Source: Kudoa neothunni (lineage: Eukaryota > Animalia > Cnidaria). From it: a stretch of DNA of 64,000 nt. The translations under genes and the position numbers were made by a program. The number at the start of each line of letters is the position of its first letter. Position 1 is the stretch's first letter. Below the pieces are notes generated by a model. The model was not told where the DNA came from. It worked only from the letters and a program-made list of their open reading frames with translations, and did no database searches. Location of the stretch: assembly GCA_964304625.1 (NCBI GenBank), contig OZ199838.1, forward strand, positions 8,667,904 to 8,731,903. The letters are read 5' to 3'. This document shows positions 12,912-24,846 of this stretch, piece by piece.

Positions 12912-15348
12912 TTGTTCACCAATGAGTTGATATCGAATATTGCATATGCATCAAATTTGTACGCTACTCAACAAAATTCAAATTTCAAAACTGATATTAA
13001 GGAAATAAAAAAATATCTGGGGGTTTTGATTATTATGGTGATAGTAAGAATGCCGAGGTATCGATGTTATTGGTCGAAACTTGTGAACTATCCCCTCGTT
13101 TCCGAGACTTTCTCAAGGAATCGTTTTGAGCAAATATACAAATACTTTCACTTCGGGGATAATTCTAAAATTATCACGGATCCTAATTCGCCCAAATACG
13201 ACAAATTCGCTAAGATTAGACCTCTGTTACATTCTGTTAGAGCATGGTTTCTAAAGATTGAGCCCGAAAGAAACCACTCAATTGACGAGCAGATTATCCC
13301 GTTTATAGGCAAATGTAAGGCCAAGCAATACGTCCCCAAAAAACCAACGAAATGGGGGTTTAAAATGTTTGCGAGGTGTGGCGTTAGTAGTTTGGTTTAC
13401 GATTTTCATCTTTATGATGGACGAAAACCTGCCGTCACCAAAAACTGTGGTCTTGTATCTGGCGATTTTGTCATAAAGCTGTGCGTAAGTCTACCGTTGA
13501 GCGAATCATATTTCACTTATTTCGACAACTGGTTTACATCTATCCTGCTCCAAATCTTCGTAAAACGAAGAAATATCTATTCTGTTGGTACGATACATAT
13601 TAACAGAGTTAAGGGTTGTCCATTGAGTAGTGACATAGATTCAAAAAAGAAGGACGTGGCTCGTATGATGCTCCTCATGACTCTGGCCATGGAATATCGA
13701 TAACAAGATGGTTTGATGGGTCAGTTGTTACCCTTCCATCTACTCATTCTTCGATTGAGCCAGTCTCAATGTCAAAAAGATTCAATAGGTCTAAGAAAAA
13801 AATGGTGGAAATTCCTTGTCCAACCTTGGTTAACCCTTACGGGACGGTGCTCCAAAAATTGACGTACGTTCCGATGTGGGGTCAAAAATGACCCCAGCGA
13901 TTTTTCGTAATATAAGTTCGGAATTCCAAGGAAAAATTATTCGGCATTTTTAATATGTTGTAAATATTTAATATAAAAGTTTAAATAATTTTTCCATCAT
14001 TGGGAAAAATGGGTTAAACCGTAGGAATTTGTTGGTTGATATGAACTGACCCACACAACCTACTAACCTCGTTCATCCATTACCGACAAATGACATTGCA
14101 TTCAAATAGTGTGATTTGGGATCAAAAAGTTCAATACAACTAATTTTTGACATATATATTTGAAGAACAAGAAAATCGCTCCGGCGGCAGATATCCGAAG
14201 ATTTTCTGTTAATCTTCTTGTTGTAGGAATTGGATTATATTTGCAACGTGGGTATTTTCGCTCTCATGAGTCATCGAAGAGCAATCAAAATCTTCATCTA
14301 TTGACGAATCCACCATTTTTACATGATCTTCATAATATGAAATATCTGACGACCCTTCAAATTCAACATCACTGTCTACTTCACTGTTTTCGACAGAATC
14401 ATTTAACAAATCTTCGTATAGTTTTCTTGACATAACCGTAAACAAACCGCGTGCGTTTAAACTAAGTTTGTTAATCCTCAACTAATCCACATAATGTCGT
14501 TATTTATCGGTAAACAGTCAAAAATTACTTGTTTTGATAAGCATTTTAACTATTAAACTCTCAAATTGATTTTTCTATTTTTTATCTATAACTATTGTAA
14601 ATTATGGAGCAAAATATTGATGTTTAGGACGAATTTGTGAAACATGCGTTAAAATGAAGTCATAATTTTATAGAAATTTCGCATAAATATTTATTTTTTG
14701 AATATAAATTCAAAGGACACATTATCTTGGAATTGATAAAATCTTGAGAAATGTGAAGATACAATCAGCTAGAAAACATTATAATACGAAAATTAGGGTC
14801 GAAATCGACCCCACACCGTTCCGCAAGGGTTAAGGAATATAACCAAAATATGGGCGGGGTTGACCTATTCGATATGCTCATGTCACTTTATGTTATGAAA
14901 CATAAGTACAGAAAGTATTATTTTAGAATCTTTTTTTGGGCTCTAAACACATGCATGGTTAACGCTCGGCTACGTTACAAACGAAATTGTTCCGTGAGAC
15001 GTACCGATAAGAATGAAGTAATGGATTCGTTGGATATTTCTTGAAAAGTTAGTGAAAGTTTATCTACCTTCAAGCAATGACTACTCAAACGAAACGTGGT
15101 AGACTCTCACTTAATCAAACTTACAGTGGAAAAAATTACGCCAACGTCGATAATAAAAGAACGAGATCTAATCCATTGAGCGATGAAATCTGTCTGGACA
15201 TGGTTAGACATTTTCCTAAAATCATGACAACACATTCAAGATGTAGGGTTTGCCAAAAAAGACCAAATTTAAATGTATGAAATGCCATTCATTTTGTTGT
15301 CTTAAGAAAGAAAGGAATTGTTTCTATAACTTTCGTAATATACTGTAA
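12912..15348 (+). pseudogene. piggyBac DDD transposase pseudogene
   Basis: SIDEQIIPF, KKPTKWGFK, YFDNWFTS, MGGVDLFD and C-terminal RCRVC. Frameshift near 13650, nested insertion at 13834-14829, in-frame stop at 15042. Confidence 0.9.
13834..14829 (-). mobile_element. Non-autonomous piggyBac nested in the piggyBac transposase
   Basis: TTAA|CCCTTACGGGACGGTG ... CACCGTTCCGCAAGGG|TTAA. Acidic N-terminal transposase remnant (ORF 14209-14481, minus strand). Removing the element restores PTLVKEYNQNMGGVD. Confidence 0.95.
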
Positions 15349-15593
15349 AAATATTTTAAAATTTTAATTTTATTATGTGTTCTTTTTTTGCGCGTAACCA
15401 ATGCGCGAATATGCCGAGGTAAATAAATACCCATTGTCCACCTTAGTGGACAGATTAAAATAAGGCTTTAAAATGTTGTTAAATAAATTTGTTTAAAGTA
15501 TAAATTTTAAATTATATATAATTTTATTATTAATTTTACATAAAAAAATTGGGAACGAAAGGGTTAACGAAATAATCTATATGTTTGCATAAA

Positions 15594-15919
15594 CCCTCAA
15601 ATCATACCACGTGAGAGTGTTTTTTTGTCATTTTGCAGAATGCAAACCTTTTATAATTTTTTTTACGTATTTTTCTGTATTAAAATAAAATTGTATCTTT
15701 CCATATGTGTGCTCAAATGGAGCGATGTCTCTCTATAAATAATGAAAAAGGCGTACTTACACACGCGGATTACCGGTTTGCTTTATATAGTAGATATTCA
15801 TACTATAAAACGGTTACAAGATTAGACTGAATTTGAACCATTTATCTTCAATTTATTGGATAAGAAACTGACTTCCAACATCACGTGGGGTAGATTTCTG
15901 CCCCACTTTGCTTGGAGGG
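15594..15919. mobile_element. Short piggyBac-type MITE
   Basis: Right end GGGGTAGATTTCTGCCCC-ACTTTGCTTGGAGGG|TTAA; left end TAAA|CCCTCAAATCATA (10/13 match). Confidence 0.6.
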
Positions 15920-17210
15920 TTAATTTGCATATTATCCAAAATATTTTTATAACTCGGCATGATACTGAAAAATAACTTTCCATCAAAAATTTAAAATTGT
16001 GTTTTGAAAAGCAATGAGACAATCAAAACGTACTTGATCAATTCTGAGAATTCCAAAAAAAGTAACGAAGATGCTTATCGTTCCAGCTATTCGGAAAAGG
16101 TTATGTTACTACTCCATTTTAGCTTACTTAAGTTGTTAATTAGTTAATTCGAGGAGTATTTTTGTTTTTATGATTCACGCTAACCTCTCCCAGACTTCAA
16201 TGTTCCAAATCTCATTAAACTGGATATGAGTTTCTCAATTGAACTCGGCACATTTTTAGATCTGACCAAAATTCATACTTAAACGTTAAAATCCTTTTCA
16301 AACTACCATAATATTAATTTTCAACTAAGTCTAGTTGTAAAATTTATGTATATATTTGATTTATCATAATATTTTATAATGAAACTACTTTACATGCCGG
16401 ATATCGTTTTCTTCGAAAATTATGTTTAAAATTTACAAATTACTTTTTTTCATTCAATTTTCGTATAAATTAAATATTATCATCCATCTAACACCTAGAT
16501 TAAAAATTAGTGTTGTTAATAAAAAATATTATTAACAAATTTCTTACCTATTAAAACAATGAATTAAAAAACATTAAATTTAGTATTTTTACAAGTCATG
16601 CTCCAGGATAATTTCCCTGTGAAAACTCAACCTTAGAACCAAATAAGCTTGGTTAGTTTACACCACATGTGATTAATAAAATGAGAGAATTCTGTTTCTA
16701 ATCCCATTTTCTGGGGTGACAAAGAAATCCATTCAATTGATTATATTCTTTTATGTTTTCGCTTTGCATTTATTTTTGAATTTTGTTAAAATGATCTTTT
16801 GTTCCTACATTTTATGTTATATAGTCTCTAAGAATAAAATTTAAATAAGAATACTTAATGCGGATCTATCATAGATATTAAGTAAAACTTTTCTAGGTAC
16901 TAGAAATGAATTTAATCATTAAGTGTAAGTATATATGTTTTCCGCTGGAGTATGTCTTTTAAAATAAAAATAATAAAAAAAACATTTATTTATAGAGATT
17001 TTAAGGTTTCAGTACGAATTTTAGTCAGAACCAAAAAAGTGCCGGGTTCAATTGAGAAACCCTATAACTGACCTACTTGGACATGCTCATGATTAACAAT
17101 AGAAACAGATAATTAGAATCTAATTTACCTGTTTATTTTATGGAATTATGTCCAAACATGTGTTGAGATAATTAAATAAAAATCTGTGACGTTTTAGATT
17201 GTTTTTATGC

Positions 17211-17270
17211 GGGGTCAAAGATGACCCCATCGGCTTCCACGTTATGGTCGCGCGTGCTACTCAAGGAGGG
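17211..17270. mobile_element. Orphan piggyBac end
   Basis: GGGGTCAAAGATGACCCC palindrome followed about 40 bp later by GAGGG|GTAA, the same layout as the 13834 terminus. Confidence 0.45.
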
Positions 17271-17766
17271 GTAATCTGCGTAACTATGCTTACGACTTAT
17301 AATTATATTTAAATGGAAAATTAATGACTCAGATATTAATTTAAGTGAATAATATTTTATCAAATTTTCACTTATATATTGTAATCAAAAGATTTATTTT
17401 TTTCTACTTGATTTTTAGCCAAACTACAAATTTTATACCTTAATTATTTTAACTACTCGTAAATTTTTGAAATTTTTTAAAAGTTTAATAATGCTTAATA
17501 TGATAAACATTTTATTTTGTTTAAAGTGTTTTTTTATTGCGAAATATTAAATAATTAATCCATTATCTCATTTAAGTGAAAAATACAACTAAAGATACTG
17601 ATTAACTTTCATTTATTTTTTTAATACAAATCCCACGCAACAAATCTTATTTAAATATAACCTATTGTGGTCCACGTAAAAAAAGCAATATATCTAAAAT
17701 ACATCATATGATGGTAGAATAAGATTATACAGTTTTCAACTCCGTACAGAAATGTATTTTAATATA

Positions 17767-19415
17767 GACAGTGGCTATTCTCATGGAAACGAATAACTCC
17801 TCCGTTATAGGCGATATTTCAAATCTGACTTCATATTTGAATTGAGCTATTTTTAATCTAATTTTTTATGTAAGAATTGTTTCAAATTTAAAGAATAAAA
17901 ATTCAACACCTTGTCTGCCCTATTTACACTATTCACTAATAATACACTCATAGTTTTGAGTCTAATATTATGTAATATAAATATTTAAATTGAAATGAAA
18001 AGTATAAACATTTACTAATAAGTAGAAACTGCTCTGTTCGTGCATTCTTGTGTCACCCACCATGTCCGAATATGCGCGTTAATCCTATTTGGTTGTGGGG
18101 CGTTCTATTTCGTGAGACTATTTCTAAATTTTAAAGAATTTTGAAGTAACTGAAATCTGTAGTACAAGTTTATATATTACATTAAATTGTAGAAGAGAAA
18201 TTTAAGCTTTTGTAAGATATAAAATACCAATTGCATGGAACAAGTCTGAAAATTGGTGTCATTATTGCTTCTTATGAATCACTTTTAAATTGATTTTCTC
18301 AAACTTATACCTTTTATTAAAAAATATTATTGTACTGTTAAAATTTCAAATGTGGTTATTTTGGAGAAATTTTTTGGGCGGACAGCTAAACAACCATGGC
18401 TAGTGGATAAGTTGATCAATTCTTCATTGCAGTGAAAATTGATTTTTCTGAACTATTAAAATTACAAATCTCTCAGTATCAGGAAACAAATGTTTACAAT
18501 CTTAAAATGAAATTTTTCAGAACCATTCAAAATGCTCAAGGTTGAATTAACCGTTATTTTAACTCCAACATTGTTTATTAAATACTTACAACATTTCCTC
18601 GTTGGTTCGCTTTACAAAAGCCAAACAAACGTACCCCAAAAATCACCATTCAAAAATTTTCATTTTATACATTTACCCATTGAGACGATACTAGAAGAAT
18701 TAATGCAGAAAATTTAGAATCACCCTGCTTGTTAAACATCGTTAAATGAGTTTAAATTAACAAGTATAGGTTTACTCTTAAATTTAAACTCATAGGTTCC
18801 TGTATTTATAGGTTCTGTATTCACGAATAGGCACTATGAAAATCTTTCTCATACTTCTGCTTAAATTAAATACATTTGTAGGGACAAAAAAACGAACATT
18901 ACCCGAAATTATGGTACAATCTTATAGATACATATGAAAAGTGGCGTACATCGACGTAAAATAAGTCGAATCCAATTAATATCCGTTAATTAACTATAAT
19001 TTTGTTAAATTTATATTAAAAAATGTTTAGATAGAAACGTACATATTTCGTAAATGATTAGAGATGACTTATTCTACGTTGAACTGCGTGCGTTGAGACG
19101 TATTAAACTAAAGGTTTGTAACCACCATTAGATATGTTTACATTTCATTTCAATTATAATGTTTATATTATATAATATTAGACTCAAAAACGTGAGTGTG
19201 CTACTAGTGAACAGTGTAAATAGGGCAGACAAAGTGTTGAATTTTTATTCTTTAAATTTGAAACAATTTTTACATAAAAAATTAGATTAAAAATAGTTCA
19301 ATTCAAATATGAAGTCAGATTTGAAGTATCGTCTATAACGGAAGAGTTATTCGTTTCCATGAGAATAGCCAGTCCCGAGAGAGGATTAAATTGATCCTTG
19401 AGAATAGCCACTGCC
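17767..19415. mobile_element. Non-autonomous Mutator-like element with about 245-bp TIRs
   Basis: 17767-18010 is the reverse complement of about 19133-19415 (G(A/G)CAGTGGCTATTCTCA...). 9-bp TSD TTTAATATA / TTTAAAATA. No recognisable transposase inside. Confidence 0.85.
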
Positions 19416-19789
19416 TTTAAAATATATGATTAATCCGCATCAAAAATAGTTTAAAATCTAAATAACCAATTAAATACTTCCAGAAAAGGCTGGGTTTGTG
19501 TGCTACTTATAAATTACCTCGAAAACATTTCTACCTATCATTTCATGGATAAAGTTGTAAACATTGAAAAACAAAATAATAAAAAATTCCTGCACTAACT
19601 AACACCTATGAATTCGATATTCTCTAAGTTTCAACAATTCTGAGACAATCAGAACCAAAAATTGCGCAAATTGATAAATACTAGTTTACATACCAACAAT
19701 CAATCAATCGTCAGATTAATAAAAAGCATTAAAAATTGATTTTTTCCCACAATGAAAACAAATTAAAGATGCAGTCAATTGAGAAATTT

Positions 19790-21671
19790 CTATTCCACAA
19801 AGTTCCACAATTCCACAGCATAAATTGTGAAATACTCCGCAGCGGAAAGGCGTTCGTTTCGAAATACGTTACTTGGTTGACTTCTTCCATGATACAAATT
19901 TTCATCAATCCAGATAGCTGACATTCCACTAAAATAACCATTCACAATTGACTTTTTCCACATATATAATGATACTTTTCGCTTCCAACATCAATATATT
20001 TGGGGTCCCCAAAAATAAAATTCGAACAATTAGAGGAGGAGTTCCAATGGTATACATCGATTCTTTTATTTTTGGAGAATGTGAACACAAAGCATTCGCC
20101 AGTTCCATAGTAACTTCTTGATAGGCGTGGAGGTTCTGAAAGGTAGGTCCCAAAAACCTATATACAACCGATAAAATACACCTCATATCATGGATAAATT
20201 TCTTGAACAAACCTTATTTGTAGAATCTTTCACAAAAAATAAGTATGGTGTATCTAAATTGGTCTCCTCTTCATAGGTGTTAACATGACGGTAGAGATTT
20301 TTTAAACTAGTTCCATGCACGTTCGAACTGTACACCAGTTTTAGCGTGAAGTTCGAATAACGCGTGGGAATATGATTTAACAACTAGAAAACAATAATGA
20401 ATGCTTATTTAACAGAGAGCAATCAGAATCAAGTATCAAATAAATACATGATCGATTTGTGTTTTGTTAATTATTTTAGTTTGTTTCAAAAACTCCTCCA
20501 TATTTCCTATTCTAAAAATACAAGTTGACGTGAAATCAAATAAAAAGCTTAACAATATCTGTAGCTTACACGAATAGTTGATTGCTGACGTTATCAGCGG
20601 ATAGAACAGCTGTGTTTACAGAGCGAGCTTCAACTGACTAAATGTACAAGATAGAACAAATAAAATAGCACCACTATATTGATTACATTATGAAAAAATA
20701 CGCTTGGATTTTTGTATAAAGCATTAAAAATATAAAATATTTTTTTCACACTTAACGCAAAACAGATGTTAGTTATGTAAACAAAAACAACCGAATATAG
20801 CATACTCTTTCTTGAAGAACATCATGTTCAAATAGAACATATAACGGTGGTTGGTCAAATGGGATTCATCACTTACCAACTTCATTGAGTCGACAATATC
20901 TTGGGCTGAAGTGGTCGGTAATACAATCAAAACTCTACAAAATACCACAAAACTGGTATCATAAGGATTATCTATAATTTGAAGAAAATAATGAGCTCTT
21001 TTATCTCAGTGCAACACATACCTAATAGATCAGGAGAATTCTATAAAATAAACGTAAATTAGGCATAGAAATTTAAAAGATATACAACTGATGAATTTCC
21101 GCTATTATTTTTCACCACATAACTACTGGGGAATAACCTTGGATCACTATCCAGTGGTTATATCAAATTTTGATACGACAATGGAGCAGAAATAAAAATA
21201 CAGAACATCAGAATGTTTTGGATTGAAAAAAGAATTAGAGTTGTTGAAAACAAAAAACTCTTTGATACATTCCAACGGTATGTGTAAAGCATAACTCTTA
21301 GATGATGGTTCTTTATCAATATCAGCTGATGGACCCACCAATGAGGAACTCGGCGAGAACTCCAATGTATCATATGGACTTGGTTCACATGAACCGTCGC
21401 TGAATGCGTCTTTTGTGACATTTTTGGTGGCATCTGATGGAACATTATCCGATTCCATTGATTCATTCTCCCTTTCCAAATTCCATGTGTGATATGTGTA
21501 GATAGTAGCTTTTCCTCGAATCAGATGCTATACACGTTACAATTAATCACATCAAACAATGCCAACAATTACATTTGGCGCTGAAATGTACGCTGGGGCA
21601 TTTGATAATGGTTGATCATAACCGACCAAGTTAGTTACTGCATAAAAGGCCTTTTCAAGTAAATTAAACAT
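19790..21671 (-). CDS. OXR1: TLDc-domain protein, OXR1/NCOA7 family, multi-exon
   Basis: LVYSSNVHGTSLKNLYR, FFVKDS, YYGTGECFVFTF and IWIDENLYHGRS...VELWNFVE*. Stop at 19790-19792; likely ATG at 21669-21671 (MFNLLEKAFYAV). Confidence 0.85.
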
Positions 21672-22083
21672 AATTTATCCATATAATTGCAGAAATGATT
21701 GGTTGAGCTGATAGATCTACTTATTATAAGGACCCCACTAATGTTAATCTATAAGCGCCTTAGGAACGAATGCGACCAACCAATGATATTTTGGGCCCAC
21801 GGTTGTGCGCACGCTTCGTAGTAATCATATCAGCTTAATCGTGAAATTAAACTTGTTGTATTTGTTTACATTTTGATGAGCATTGTTTTCAACCAAAAGA
21901 TTTGTAATTATTTCTAAAATGAGTTAATCAGTTATTATTGACGATTTTAAATGAATCTTAATTTATTTGTTGAAATCATAAATCAATAATTAAATGCTTT
22001 ATCACATGACTTTTACTATTTTTATTATAAAAGAAACACGATAAATGTTTTATGAATATTCTTTTGTGGTGGTCTAACGCTAT

Positions 22084-23120
22084 CAGGGGTTTCCAAACAC
22101 TTATGAGATGCGAGAAGTTGCTATCTTAGCATGAGGCCTCCAGCAAACTATAAGAATAAGAACAATTTTGAATTTTGTTGTATTTATTAATCTGAAATAT
22201 TATCTCTTCTTTTAATCTGTAATGTAGCTAATGAGCCTTTTACATAATTACTGGTACTGATAATTATTTTAAATCCATAAATTATAAAATTGTTTGTTTG
22301 TTTTGTCGGAAGAATTTAAAAAAATGAATCGAATTATCAAAACGTTTATTTATGTAAGGATTAACCTCCAGAACCATGAAGGTTACAAAATTATTTTGAA
22401 AATACTTTAACCAAAAAATTACGTAAAAATGAAAAGTTTTGTAATTAAATGCTGTATAAAAATCAATTCTAGTGATGAAAAGAATGTACATTTAATTCAA
22501 AATAGTTTCGATTATTTTTAAAATCAATATTTTCCAAATATACAACAAGCCTTTCTAGCGTTTGCGAACAGTATAAAATGAGGTTTATCAATTAAACCAG
22601 TGTTTCCCAATCATTTTAGTTTAAAGACCCCCTGAATAACCAATATAAATACGAACCCCTAGTTATATTAATCATGTATACAATGCAACCTCTGACTTCG
22701 ACCATAATACGTTCTAGAAATGTGTTCGAATTCCGAATAATTTTTTCTCATGTTAAATAATAAATATTAGTTTAATTCGTTCCCGCAACAAATAAAGGAT
22801 TATTTTTATTCTTATTTATGCAAAAACATGCATACCCTGTATTTACAAAATATAACAAATAAATATTAAATATAATAATAAAAATTAAATATAGGATAAA
22901 TTTTTGTTGGTTGCCATACGATAGATTATAAAGGGTTCTCTTTCGATGGCGTTCACACAATTTTATTGAGCTACTCTTCATCCGGAATTTATCTTCTCCT
23001 CTGTTTTTGTTACAACTGGATTTGTTCTGAATACACCTTCTATATGTGTTCGAACTCAAAAGTGTTTCTGACACAACATTTTTGGCCGAACTCCCATTTG
23101 TACGGGTTCCGAGGTTGGAT
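22084..23120. mobile_element. Degraded hAT MITE remnants (two 5' ends, at 22084 and 22598)
   Basis: CAGGGGTTTCCAAAC at 22084; CAGTGTTTCCCAA at 22598 preceded by AATTAAAC (nnnTAnnn); decayed 3' end near 23090-23120. Confidence 0.5.
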
Positions 23121-23188
23121 TGTATTTATATTTGTAATATTATTGTTTCAGAATTATGCTGTTAGAGTTAGTTTATATTATAGACAGC

Positions 23189-24308
23189 GGATCACATTTG
23201 ATATCCACCCAATTAATCCCATAACATTATCGAGATTAGCGGTGAAGTTAATCGTTTGTTTATCGCCCGTAATACTAATACGGCACCATGAGGATTAAGT
23301 CGCAATTTACAAACAACAACACAACAATGATTGCACCAAGAAAGACATTCGATAAAATTTTCAGTGAAGAGAAAAATTCCATTAATTGTCTTATTGAACG
23401 TGGCATTCTTAAAGAGTCTATTAGTTGCATTAAATGTAGTGGAATCAGATTTTCGATCCACTGAAAAAATTGGCGATGTTGTGCAAAGTCTTTCAGGAAA
23501 GAAGTCTCCATTTTTGACTATGCGATTTTCATAAATATGAAACAAAGTTAACGATTTCATGGAGTTGGCTTATTATTGGTTAGTGGGTGTAAAAACCCTT
23601 AACTTGATCACTATAACTGGACACTCTTCTCGAACTATTCGCACTACCTTAGACAAATGATGGCCGACAGTTTAGGATTCGAGGACATCATAATTGGAGG
23701 AGAAAACACAATCGTAGAAATTGATGAGTCAAAGTCTGGTAAAATAAAACATAACAAAGGCCATTGTGTTAATGGTGCATGGGTTCTTGGAGGTGAGGAA
23801 AGGACACCCTAAAGAAGAATGTTTCTAGTGGAGGTCCCTGATAGAACTGCCGAAACTCTAATAAAAAAAATAAAAACCTATGTTAAACCAGGCTCAATTA
23901 CATCACTGACTGTTTCAAAAGCTACGCCACACTTCATAATTTCTACACTCATCTCACTGTTAACCACAGTATAGAATATGTAGATAATGTTTAGGGGGCT
24001 CACACCAATACTATTGAGGGCACTTGGGGTGCCGTAAAATATTGAATATCTCCCAGAAATAGAACATTATCGGTTAATGAGGATGGAACTGTTCGTACGG
24101 ATGGCATTAATGAATTTCTCGGTGAATTTCAATGGAAAAGAAAAAATCAACATGGCTTATGGAGAGGTTTTATGCAATCCCTAAAAATCTATCTACAATC
24201 AAACAACTTTTATTAGCCTTTTTGTTGCGTTTTGTACAAAATTTATTTTTATAATAAATATAAGCATTATTTTATTGAGAATTAGGGGGATTAGACCAAA
24301 TTTCAGCC
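23189..24308 (+). mobile_element. Merlin (IS1016/ISXO2-like) DNA transposon with transposase pseudogene (about 23288-24216)
   Basis: CIKC zinc motif, GGENTIVEIDESK, GAWVLGG, VEVPDRTAETL, HLTVNHS, AHTNTIEGTWG and FLGEFQWKRK, with stops and frameshifts. Boundaries come from weak GG..CC inverted ends; no TSD seen. Confidence 0.85.
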
Positions 24309-24479
24309 AAAATAAACCCTCATCTAGGTATATTTGTTGTTTTATTCAAAAATCAAACGAAAGACTGTAATTCAATTGTTTGAAATTAAAGGAATAGAGC
24401 AGACTCCAAAACAAAGTTTGATTAATTAAATTATCGATAATCGACTTTTTGAGCATTGCTTATAGGCAAATTATTTTTA

Positions 24480-24809
24480 ATTCCATCTGAAAATATAGCC
24501 TATCTTTACTTTAACTAACTCCGATTAACGCTTTTACGGAAAGAGAATTGTGATTTTCCGTATATGTCGAAAAAATCAGAAGAAATAGAATTCTGTACTC
24601 TACATTAGATGATCTTGTTTCGAATGAGGAAATTTTTCAACTCGTCGACGAAATGATGTCATAACTTTGAAGTTTCTGAGTTAAATATAAATTAACGTAA
24701 TATTTATACATATAATTAAATACTAGTTTTGTTTTTAAATTAATTCTGATTTTTCCGATTTTGTCCGGCAAAAATTTTGCCAAATGTCCGATTTGGGTTG
24801 GCAACGCTA
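24480..24809 (+). mobile_element. 3' remnant of a hAT transposon
   Basis: Degraded dimerisation-domain signature P.NAFTERE..FS...K.RRNRI..TLDDL, followed by the right terminus GGTTGGCAACGCTA. Confidence 0.55.
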
Positions 24810-24846
24810 GTGTGAACCACGCCCGCGATTATTCATTACACTTTAA

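Larger units (their letters stand above)
12260..15563 (+). mobile_element. Full-length piggyBac transposon (PGBD2/3-like), inactivated
   Basis: TTAA|CCCTTTTGTTCCCA ... TGGGAACGAAAGGG|TTAA; internal TTGTCCAC..AGTGGACA palindromes at both ends. Confidence 0.95.
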
